From an uncultured delta proteobacterium (GTDB taxonomy: Bacteria > Desulfobacterota > Binatia > UBA9968): DNA of 64,000 nt. Where the stretch lies: positions 128,001-192,000 of the forward strand of contig CAVUZH010000003.1 of NCBI GenBank assembly GCA_963745835.1, in the 5' to 3' direction. The stretch's first letter is position 1. Every line of letters begins with the position of its first letter. The position numbers and the translations under genes were made by a program. The notes below the pieces were generated by a model, which was given only the letters and a program-made list of their open reading frames with translations, was not told the origin of the DNA and did no database searches. Below are positions 1 to 8,006 of this stretch, one piece after another.

Positions 1-1
1 C

Positions 2-256
2 CTCGCTTGGCTGTTGCATAAAGCGCGTCTGTCCACGACGGCGTTGATTCCGATACTCGGCCCGCGCACATATGAGCAACTGGCCGGCAGTCTTGGCGCG
101 CTGGAAGTAAATTTATCGCAGGAACAGATTGGGCGTCTCGAAGAAGCCAGTCAGATCGCGTTCGGTACGCCGCACGAGCAAACCCATGGCTCTGCAGCTG
201 CTATCGCGGGAGGCAAGCCGGAGCTGCTTCGATCGCGGGTGGTACCTGTCGCGTAA
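2..256 (+). CDS. Aldo/keto reductase, C-terminal part (runs off window start)
   Basis: Frame reads LAWLLHK...IPILGPRTYEQLAGSLGALEVNLSQEQIGRLEEAS, a typical AKR C-terminus; stop at 256. Confidence 0.8.
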   Translation, partial: LAWLLHKARLSTTALIPILGPRTYEQLAGSLGALEVNLSQEQIGRLEEASQIAFGTPHEQTHGSAAAIAGGKPELLRSRVVPVA

Positions 257-293
257 GATCGAACGGACGAGAAGAGAGAGCATCGGAGGAGTT

Positions 294-1316
294 ATGGTTA
301 AGATGCGTGCTGCGCAAATCACTGGCCCGAAAGGGCCCATTGAAATTGTCGAGCGGGAAATACCCGAGCCCGGCGCCGGGCAAGTGCGTATCAAGGTGCA
401 AGCTTGCGGCGTATGTCACAGCGACTCGTTCACCAAGGAGGGAATCTGGCCGGGCATCCAGTACCCGCGAATCCCGGGGCATGAGGTTGCCGGAATCATT
501 GATGCGCTCGGTACAGGCGTTGCCGGATGGACACCGGGCCAGCGGGTCGGTGCCGGCTGGCACGGCGGACACTGTGGCTACTGTGATTCTTGCCGGCGCG
601 GTGATTTTGTCACCTGTCAAATCGCTCCCCAAGTGACCGGCATCGCCTACGACGGCGGCTACGCCGAATACATGATCGCTCCCGTCGGCGCATTGGCGCT
701 GATTCCCGAAGGGCTATCGGCGGTCGATGCCGGGCCATTGATGTGCGCAGGGGTGACCACCTTCAATCCTCTTCGCAACAGCGGCGCGCGGCCCGGCGAT
801 CTCGTTGCGGTACTCGGGATCGGTGGGCTTGGCCATTTAGGCATTCAGTTCGCGGCAAAGATGGGTTTCAAGACCGTTGCCATCGCCCGAGGTCGCGATA
901 AGGAATCGCTCGCTCGAAAGCTTGGCGCGCAGCATTACATCGACAGCCAGACGCAGAATGCTGCGGCGGACCTAGCCGAAATGGGCGGTGCCAAAGTCAT
1001 TCTGGCAACGGCGACGAGCGGCAGAGCGATGAGCGCAGTCCTGGGCGGTCTCGCCGTTAATGGGAAATTAGTCATCCTCGGTGCTGCTCATGAGCCCCTC
1101 GAAGTCGATGGAACTCTGATGATTAGCGGGCGGCGGTCGATCATCGGATGGCCTTCCGGCAGCTCTATCGATTCGCAGGATACGCTCTCCTTCAGCATGT
1201 TTGCCGGCGTGCGTGCTATGACTGAAATTTTTCCGCTCGAGCACGCGGCCGAGGCGTACGAACATATGATCAGCGGCAAGGCGCGTTTTCGCGCCGTTCT
1301 CACAATGGGACATTAA
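294..1316 (+). CDS. Zinc-dependent alcohol dehydrogenase (MDR family)
   Basis: CGVCHSD, GHE, structural Zn CGYCDSC..C, GIGGLG; GGAGGA RBS just before ATG 294 (ORF-track start 129 overlaps the AKR gene). Confidence 0.95.
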   Translation: MVKMRAAQITGPKGPIEIVEREIPEPGAGQVRIKVQACGVCHSDSFTKEGIWPGIQYPRIPGHEVAGIIDALGTGVAGWTPGQRVGAGWHGGHCGYCDSCRRGDFVTCQIAPQVTGIAYDGGYAEYMIAPVGALALIPEGLSAVDAGPLMCAGVTTFNPLRNSGARPGDLVAVLGIGGLGHLGIQFAAKMGFKTVAIARGRDKESLARKLGAQHYIDSQTQNAAADLAEMGGAKVILATATSGRAMSAVLGGLAVNGKLVILGAAHEPLEVDGTLMISGRRSIIGWPSGSSIDSQDTLSFSMFAGVRAMTEIFPLEHAAEAYEHMISGKARFRAVLTMGH

Positions 1317-1335
1317 CGCGAATAAGAAGGCTTAA

Positions 1336-1992
1336 ATGAAACTCATCTCGGTCAATGTTGGATTGCCGCGGGTCGTCACACTCAAGGGCGATCCGGTCTC
1401 GACAGGAATTTTCAAAGAGCCGGTCGCAGGCCGGCTTATGCTACGAACGCTCAACCTCGACGGTGACCGTCAGGCTGATCTTTCGGTTCATGGCGGACCC
1501 AGCAAAGCCGTCTACGTCTATCCCTCCGAACACTATGATTTTTGGAAGCGCGAATTCCCCGGGCTGAAACTACCCTGGGGCATGTTCGGTGAAAACTTCA
1601 CGAGCGCGGGACTTTTTGAATCCGAGGTAAACATAGGTGACAGGTTTCGCGTAGGTTCCGCGGTCGTGATGGTGACCGAGCCGCGCATGCCGTGTTACAA
1701 GCTCGGCATCAAGTTCGGTCGTTCCGACATCGTCAAGAAGTTCCTGGCGAGCGAACGCACGGGCTTCTATTTTGCTGTATTGCAAGAAGGTGAGGTCGGC
1801 GCGGGTGACCCGATCGAATTGATAGAGCAAACCAACCATAGCGTTCGGGTCAGCGATATCACCCGACTCTATACCCGCGAGAAGCGCAATCTCGGACTTC
1901 TTCGTCGTGCAGTAGAAGTCGAGGCTCTGCCTGAAAGCTGGAAGAGCTATTTTCACCAGCGAATTAATAAATTAGTTGATCAGGGTGGCTAG
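1336..1992 (+). CDS. yiiM: MOSC domain protein (YiiM-like, with C-terminal 3-alpha region)
   Basis: GDRQAD..HGG..KAVY, FGEN, PRMPCYKL, TGFYF motifs. Confidence 0.9.
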   Translation: MKLISVNVGLPRVVTLKGDPVSTGIFKEPVAGRLMLRTLNLDGDRQADLSVHGGPSKAVYVYPSEHYDFWKREFPGLKLPWGMFGENFTSAGLFESEVNIGDRFRVGSAVVMVTEPRMPCYKLGIKFGRSDIVKKFLASERTGFYFAVLQEGEVGAGDPIELIEQTNHSVRVSDITRLYTREKRNLGLLRRAVEVEALPESWKSYFHQRINKLVDQGG

Positions 1993-2112
1993 CGCGACAT
2001 TTTTCGGGCCAGAACAAGAAGATGCAAAAGGGCCGTTGAGACAAACGTCTCGAAGCGGAAGAATGAACTGAGCGCCTAATGGGTGCATTGACAGTGGAGA
2101 TCGGAGGATCCT

Positions 2113-2388
2113 ATGACCCAGCCGTGTGAACATTTATCGGGATTAAGCCCCAAGGATTTCCCGCCGCAGAGAACTCCCGATGCCTGCGAGGAGTGCCTGA
2201 CCGAGGGCACGTTTTGGGTTGCTCTTCGCGAGTGCCGATCCTGTGGCCACGTCGGCTGTTGCGACTCTTCGACGGGCAAGCACGCCACCAAACATTTCCA
2301 TGACACGCAACATCCAGTGATGCGCGCTGTTCCGCCTGCGTCCTGGGTCTGGTGCTATGTGCATAAGGCGCAGGGTGTACTCGAGTAA
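2113..2388 (+). CDS. Stand-alone UBP-type zinc finger protein
   Basis: CEH...CEEC...WVALRECRSCGHVGCCDSS..KHATKHF..TQHP...WCY; GGAGG RBS. Confidence 0.9.
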   Translation: MTQPCEHLSGLSPKDFPPQRTPDACEECLTEGTFWVALRECRSCGHVGCCDSSTGKHATKHFHDTQHPVMRAVPPASWVWCYVHKAQGVLE

Positions 2389-2605
2389 TGCTTGAGCCTA
2401 GGGCCGGTCGTTAGAACTCAAAAGCGGGCGGCGCCTTTGTCATCAAAATGAGCAGTCTACCGGCACTGGATGCCAACGTCAGGTGCCAGCGTCGGGACCT
2501 TGGCAGGAAGCGTCGCATACGGTCGTCGTGGTATAAGCTTCCGTCGATTGACGTCGATCTCGAGAATGTTACCGCACAAATCAATTGAATTGATAAGGAG
2601 TAGAA

Positions 2606-3304
2606 ATGATAACCGTCCGCCCAGGCACTGAAAGAGGTTCTTCTAAATTCAATTGGCTCGACAGCCGGCATACATTTTCCTTTGGCGACTACTACGACCC
2701 GCAACACATGGGCTTCAGCGACCTGAGGGTGATTAATGAAGATCGGGTGGTTCCGGGCGCCGGCTTTCCCACACATTCGCATCGCGATATGGAAATCATC
2801 ACCTACGTGCTGGAAGGCGCGCTGGCGCACAAAGACAGCACCGGAGCGAGTTCGATAATCCGAGTCGGCGACGTCCAACGCATGAGCGCCGGAACAGGCA
2901 TTAGCCACAGCGAATACAATGCATCTCAAACCGAGCCGGTGCACTTCCTGCAGATCTGGATCCTGCCAAACGAAACCGGCCTGAAACCGGGATACGAACA
3001 ACGCTCTTTTGATCTCGAGAAGAAAAGCGGAAGCTGGGTTCTGGTCGCCGCTCCGGACGCGCGCGAGGGCGCATTGAAAGTCCATCAGGGCGCGGAGCTG
3101 TCGCTGGCCGTTTTGCCCAAAGGGGAGAAGTTGGATTATAACTTGCGCGCCGGTCGTCAGGCATGGGTGCAGGTGGGACGTGGAAAAGTGACGCTTAACG
3201 GCTCGTTGCTCGATGCCGGCGATGGCGCTGCTATCAGCGGAGAACAGGTCGTGGATCTTACAGCGAACGATCGAAGTGAAATCTTACTGTTCGATCTCGC
3301 CTAG
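2606..3304 (+). CDS. Pirin family protein (YhhW-like)
   Basis: HTFSF, LRVINED, THSHRDMEI, MSAGTGISHSE, FLQIWI motifs; AAGGAG RBS. Confidence 0.95.
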   Translation: MITVRPGTERGSSKFNWLDSRHTFSFGDYYDPQHMGFSDLRVINEDRVVPGAGFPTHSHRDMEIITYVLEGALAHKDSTGASSIIRVGDVQRMSAGTGISHSEYNASQTEPVHFLQIWILPNETGLKPGYEQRSFDLEKKSGSWVLVAAPDAREGALKVHQGAELSLAVLPKGEKLDYNLRAGRQAWVQVGRGKVTLNGSLLDAGDGAAISGEQVVDLTANDRSEILLFDLA

Positions 3305-3494
3305 CGGCGGGTAATCCGTCTGCACAAGCGTTCCGCCGCCCTTTTGCTGGGGAGTCTGTGCTCGAGTCGATGCGCGTCAGCGATTGAAGCGAGCGATCTT
3401 CGCCTAGCCTAACTCTCGCAGTATCCGATCTCCTGCGCTCGGCCGAAGCGCGGCTGGCGATCTGTTGTCGTTAACGGCGGGAACGGACATTTCA

Positions 3495-3956
3495 ATGACA
3501 CCTCTGTTGGCTTTTCTTATAGGATGTTTCGCCGGGCTGCGCTCGCTGATGGCTCCGGCGACGACGGCGTGGGCTGTTTATCTGGGCTGGCTAAAAGCAG
3601 GAGGACCATTCTCGCTGCTCGGCTCAGTACCGTCTGTGGCGATTTTAACACTGCTCGCCATCGTCGAGTTAGTGGCCGACAAGCTGCCGCAAACACCCAA
3701 CCGCACGTCACCTCCAGGTTTGGCCGCGCGCATCGTTACCGGTGGATTGACGGGTGCATGCATTGCTGCCGCCGGATCGCAGGGAGCTCTGCTCGGCGCC
3801 GTCTTGGGGGCCGTCGGCGGTGTTGTCGGCTGTTTCGCCGGCTATCGAGCTCGCGCAGCGCTGGTAAATTCTCTCGATACACCCGACATGTATGTTGCGC
3901 TCGTTGAGGATCTGCTCGCAGTCGCCGGTTGTTTGTGGGTGGTTTCGCGATTCTAA
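3495..3956 (+). CDS. Membrane protein, DUF4126-like
   Basis: GLRSLMAPA, ELVADKLP.TPNRT..PGL.AR, ALVED; hydrophobic helices. Confidence 0.7.
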   Translation: MTPLLAFLIGCFAGLRSLMAPATTAWAVYLGWLKAGGPFSLLGSVPSVAILTLLAIVELVADKLPQTPNRTSPPGLAARIVTGGLTGACIAAAGSQGALLGAVLGAVGGVVGCFAGYRARAALVNSLDTPDMYVALVEDLLAVAGCLWVVSRF

Positions 3957-4026
3957 AATTGACGCACTCTTCATCACCGCCAAGGAAAAGATTCAGGTTA
4001 CCGTATCGAGATCGGGTTGAGCGCGG

Positions 4027-4328
4027 TTGAGACTCCTTGGAGTCGTAATCTTCGGTATCATCATGGTGCACTCATTCAATGGCGAAGTTGACCCGGCGGT
4101 TAGCGCGGATCGAGTTGCCTACCTCAGCGCGCTCGGCTATGGATCAACAGCGGGCCCGGTTGGCCGGAGCCGAACTACCTTTGAGTATCCAGGGCGACAC
4201 GCGCTCCGCGGTGACACAGACGATCAACAAATCTTTTATCTTCGGCTTTCGCGTGCTCATGTTTGTAGCGGCCGGCTTGGGCCCTGGTTAGCGCCCTGGT
4301 CGCGTTTAAGCTCATCGAGAATAACTGA
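4027..4328 (+). pseudogene. Frameshifted C-terminal remnant of a DHA2-type MFS transporter
   Basis: Three frames join: GVVIFGIIMVHSFN / RRLARIELP...RARLAGAELP...INKSFIFGFRVLMFVAAGL / ALVSALVAFKLIE; no N-terminal part. Confidence 0.65.
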
Positions 4329-4422
4329 ACCGAGTCTCAGCTGAGCCGAACCATCTAATTCTCGGCGACCTGCATTCGCAATCGATTCAAACAACTGCAA
4401 TGTATGATTTCGGAGAGCGATC

Positions 4423-4790
4423 TTGAACGAAGCCGTCGAATTTTTGATTCAGCACGGTTATATCCTGCTGTTTGCGTGGGGTGCTGATCGAGCAGATCGG
4501 CTTGCCGGTGCCCGCTGTGCCGTTGTTGATTGCTGCCGGCGCGCTCGCCGGGTCGGGTAAAATCCAATCTCGCGTCGGCCATGGGCTCTGCCATCATCGC
4601 GGCTCTGTTGGCTGCTGTATTTTGGTACCACGTGGGTCGTTATCGGGGTGGTCGTGTATTGAAGCTGCTATGCCGCATATCTCTCGAGCCCGATTCATGC
4701 GTGCGCCGGACCGAAGACGTTTTTGCGCGCCATGGCGCTCATTCTTTGCTGATTGCAGAGTTTGTCCCTGGTCTGAATACCGCGCAAACG
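4423..4790 (+). pseudogene. Frameshifted, truncated DedA/VTT-family membrane protein
   Basis: LNEAVEFLIQHGYILLFAW / VLIEQIGLPVPAVPLLIAAGALAG / WYHVGRYRGGRVLKLLCRISLEPDSCVRRTE...FVPGLNT across two frameshifts; truncated afterwards. Confidence 0.75.
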
Positions 4791-5009
4791 AACGATTTCT
4801 GGTCCGCCATATGGATTGACCAAGCGCGCGGGAATCGTTATCTGTTTTCGGTTGACCGGATTCCGCAGTAGACATGAACAGCTTGTATGATCAGTGGCAA
4901 TGCTTGGAGGGCGAAGGCACAGGATCGTGAATTAGATGCTGGCGGCAAGTCGCCTGATCGACGATAGTTTAAATGTGAATTCGTTGGATGATCAGCCAGG
5001 AGATGCAAC

Positions 5010-5891
5010 ATGTTGAAAATATTCTCGCCGCTCCTGTTTTGCCTGACCTTGTTCTCTATCACCCTAGCCCAGGCACAAGAGCGCTTTTCGTTTTTCCAAG
5101 CAAGTACTGTCGAGAGTGTAACCCGCATGCTGAAATTTGCCGGCCTTCGTGACGATGATGTGCTGGTCGATCTCGGTTCGGGAAACGGGCTTATCCCGAT
5201 CACTGCGGCGCAGATGAATCCAAAACTGCGCGCCTGGGGGGTGGATGTCGACGAGAAGCTTATTCGTGAATCCAACCAAGCCGCCAAGGCGCAGGGTGTC
5301 GGCAACCGGGTTAGATTTTTTCACCGAAACGCCTTCGACACGGATCTGCGCGAAGCGACGGTGGTCACCATGTGGCTATTCCCGGAACTGATGCGATTGC
5401 TTCGTCCCACGATCTTTAAGACGGCGCGTCCGGGCACACGCATTCTCACCAGCACCTGGGATCTTGGCAGCTGGGCATACGACGAAGTCGACAGCGGCAA
5501 TCCGACGATCTACAAGTGGATCGTGCCGGCGGGCGTCGAAGGTTATTGGAGTTGGAAGCTGGCGATAGCCGGACACCAGATCACTTATTCCGCGGTCAAG
5601 GAACAACGGTTTCAGGCGGTCGAAGGCGTGGTCCGCGCGGGAAAATACCGGGAGCTGCTGCAAGATATCAAACTCCGCGGCGAGGACATCTCCTTTGCGC
5701 TGGCGATGACGCTGGATGGACTGGGGCACACTCGGCATGAATTCAAAGGCAAGGTCCGCGGCGACCAGATTGAAGGAAGAGCTACGGTGACTCTGGAGAA
5801 TCATCAAAAATTGGAACTGCCCTGGCATGCGGAGCGGACGACGACGTCGGGTTATTTTGCTCCCACCGGGACCGAGGTGAAGACCGATTGA
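5010..5891 (+). CDS. Class I SAM-dependent methyltransferase with apparent signal peptide
   Basis: Motif I LVDLGSGNG, GVDVD, PGTRI; N-terminal MLKIFSPLLFCLTLFSITLAQA; AGGAG RBS. Confidence 0.85.
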   Translation: MLKIFSPLLFCLTLFSITLAQAQERFSFFQASTVESVTRMLKFAGLRDDDVLVDLGSGNGLIPITAAQMNPKLRAWGVDVDEKLIRESNQAAKAQGVGNRVRFFHRNAFDTDLREATVVTMWLFPELMRLLRPTIFKTARPGTRILTSTWDLGSWAYDEVDSGNPTIYKWIVPAGVEGYWSWKLAIAGHQITYSAVKEQRFQAVEGVVRAGKYRELLQDIKLRGEDISFALAMTLDGLGHTRHEFKGKVRGDQIEGRATVTLENHQKLELPWHAERTTTSGYFAPTGTEVKTD

Positions 5892-5953
5892 TGCCTCGCC
5901 GGGGTAGTGCTGGTCTTCGCGGTTGGATGTTGAATGTTTGACGATTCTGTCTA

Positions 5954-5998
5954 TTGAACCTTTGGAACAGCTGGAACGCCTGGCACCATCGGAACTGA
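5954..5998 (+). repeat. 9-bp periodic tandem repeat (TGGAACnnn)
   Basis: ttgaacctt-tggaacagc-tggaacgcc-tggcaccat-cggaactga. Confidence 0.7.
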
Positions 5999-6028
5999 TT
6001 CGCGTTAACTAGGAGGAGGACCCGTGCG

Positions 6029-6820
6029 ATGATCGAGCTTTATCACAATGATATGTCGGTCTGCGCGCAAAAAGTGCGCTTCGCTCTCGGTGAAAAAAAG
6101 CTCCATTGGAAGAATCATCATTTGAACCTGCGGGCCGGGGAGCAGCAGAAAACAGAATACCTAAAGCTCAATCCCAACGCCGTGGTTCCAACCTTAGTGG
6201 ATAGCGGCAGAGTCATCATTGAATCCACTGTCATCAACGAATATCTCGATGATGCTTATCCAGAACCGCGCCTGCGTCCCGCCGATGCCGGCCAACGGGC
6301 GCGCATGCGGCTCTGGACCAAGCAGCTTGACGAAGGAGTCCATGTGGCGACCCGAGTCATTAGCAATGCCATCGCGTTTCGTCACCAAAAACTCGCCCTT
6401 GGCCCGGAGGCTTTGAAGATACTGCATGACAAGATCCCGGATCCGAAAAAACGCGAGGAGAGCTGGGAAAATATCACCAAGGGCATGGAGTCACGTTTCT
6501 TCGTCGACGCCGTGCGTCGCTTTGCTAGAGTCCTGGCCGACATGGAAGCTACCTTAACAGAAGAATCCTGGCTGGCCGGAAAGGAATTCTCATTGGCTGA
6601 TATCGGCTATGCTCCGTACATTCGGCGGCTGCAGGATCTCCAATTGCAGTTTCTGTGGGACAAACGGCCGCATATTTCTGCATGGTCCGAACGAGTTGAC
6701 AAACGACCGGGATACCAGCAGGCGTTCGCGGACTGGCCCAATGAGGCTTACGCTTCGCTCATGAAAGAAAAGGGCACTGAAGCACAGTCGCGGATTCAAG
6801 CAATCCTAGCGGCGGCTTAG
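6029..6820 (+). CDS. Glutathione S-transferase family protein
   Basis: SVCAQKVR, LKLNPNAVVPTL, ESTVINEYLD, WLAG.EFSLADI. Confidence 0.95.
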   Translation: MIELYHNDMSVCAQKVRFALGEKKLHWKNHHLNLRAGEQQKTEYLKLNPNAVVPTLVDSGRVIIESTVINEYLDDAYPEPRLRPADAGQRARMRLWTKQLDEGVHVATRVISNAIAFRHQKLALGPEALKILHDKIPDPKKREESWENITKGMESRFFVDAVRRFARVLADMEATLTEESWLAGKEFSLADIGYAPYIRRLQDLQLQFLWDKRPHISAWSERVDKRPGYQQAFADWPNEAYASLMKEKGTEAQSRIQAILAAA

Positions 6821-6831
6821 GCCGAACCCGC

Positions 6832-6893
6832 TTGCACGGTTTAAGCGGTTGGAACAGCTGGAACGACTGGAACTTCTGGAACTGGATTTGAAC
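6832..6893 (+). repeat. 9-bp periodic tandem repeat (TGGAACnnn)
   Basis: tggaacagc-tggaacgac-tggaacttc-tggaactgg plus degenerate flanking units; shares the 17-mer TTGGAACAGCTGGAACG with the 5954 array. Confidence 0.75.
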
Positions 6894-6913
6894 CGGATCT
6901 ATTGGAGGTATCG

Positions 6914-7447
6914 ATGGAAGCCGCGGGACTGGTACTAGACGCTCTGGGCCGGGTGCGCGAGATGGTGGGCGGCGCGTTGAAAGATTTAGCTCCCCAAGAA
7001 CTGCTTGCCTCACCCAAACCTCATATTGCATGGCTGGTTTGGCATTTGTCTCGGGTTCAGGACGCCAACTTCTCCGCGCTGATGAAGCGGCCGCAATTGT
7101 GGATTGCTGACGGATGGCACAAACGTTTCAACATGCCGCCTGATCCCAAGGACTACGGTTCGGGCCATCGCCACACTGCCGCGCAAGTCGAAGCATTCAC
7201 GACCAGCGACAAACAGCTCCTGCTTGATTATCTCGATGGTGTTTTCGCCAGAACTAGCGCCTATCTGGCTACCGTTACTAACGATGATCTCAATCGCGTG
7301 CTAAACGAGCCACAGTATCAGCCCTTGCCGACCTTGAGCATCCGGCTGGCCAGCGTCATCAACTGCAATACGCGCCATGCGGGTCAAATCGAGTACTTGC
7401 GGGGCTTGATCAAGCACCAGGGTTGGTTTCCAGCGGCCGAGAAGTAG
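6914..7447 (+). CDS. DinB family protein (thiol S-transferase-like)
   Basis: IAWLVWHLSRVQD, WIADGW, RHAGQIEYLRG; GGAGG RBS before ATG 6914. Confidence 0.85.
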   Translation: MEAAGLVLDALGRVREMVGGALKDLAPQELLASPKPHIAWLVWHLSRVQDANFSALMKRPQLWIADGWHKRFNMPPDPKDYGSGHRHTAAQVEAFTTSDKQLLLDYLDGVFARTSAYLATVTNDDLNRVLNEPQYQPLPTLSIRLASVINCNTRHAGQIEYLRGLIKHQGWFPAAEK

Positions 7448-7530
7448 TTTATCAGCTCAGGTGATTGACGAGTCTGACGCAGCTGACCGCGGAACAGAAA
7501 TTGAAAGAAGCGATGCGCGCGGCGGCTGGA

Positions 7531-7833
7531 TTACTCAGGATCGATTTCTTCCGTTTCGAGTGGCACATAGGTGCGGTGATCCAACGGGCATTCGTATACT
7601 TCTGTCGCGGTTTCCAGTTCTCGCTGCACCAGAGCGAGCGGCAGGCCGCATTCCTTGCCATCGACAAATGAGGTGCAGGTTCTTTTTACAACTTCGGCAA
7701 ACAGGTGCTCTGTGCGATGACCCCGCGCGCATTCGTAAGTTTCTACTTGGGTTTCAAGCTCTCGCTCGACCAGGAGTAGGTCAAGACCGCATTCTTTACC
7801 ATCGACCAGCGTGTGACATTTCCTCTCTTCCAT
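7531..7833 (-). CDS. Small hypothetical protein with duplicated C-x8-C-x19-C-x3-H motif
   Basis: AGGAGG RBS; internal repeat VDGKECGL...RELET...YEC..(G/D)HRT occurs twice. Confidence 0.75.
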   Translation of the reverse strand: MEERKCHTLVDGKECGLDLLLVERELETQVETYECARGHRTEHLFAEVVKRTCTSFVDGKECGLPLALVQRELETATEVYECPLDHRTYVPLETEEIDPE

Positions 7834-8006
7834 TTGTTTCCTCCTGGTGATCGAACTCGTTTCACCATAGCCTGCTAAATTCAGCTTTGCCCGCTACCAT
7901 CCGGGGTGTCAAGTAGGACGAAGCAATCTCGAGCGACAAAAAGCTGGTGGTTCTAAGTCGAATTACGGGGTTGAAGGCTAGGAGATCCTGAATTTCAACA
8001 TGACAC

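Noticed and set aside
129-293. Long N-terminal extensions in the ORF track (also 15384, 16222, 36797, 42122, 46546)
   Set aside because: They overlap upstream genes; downstream starts have RBS or coupling signals and family-typical N-termini
2411-3085. Long antisense or overlapping ORFs (also 7862-8458, 35383-36108, 36758-37489, 42728-43393)
   Set aside because: Shadows of well-supported genes in GC-rich DNA, with no motifs
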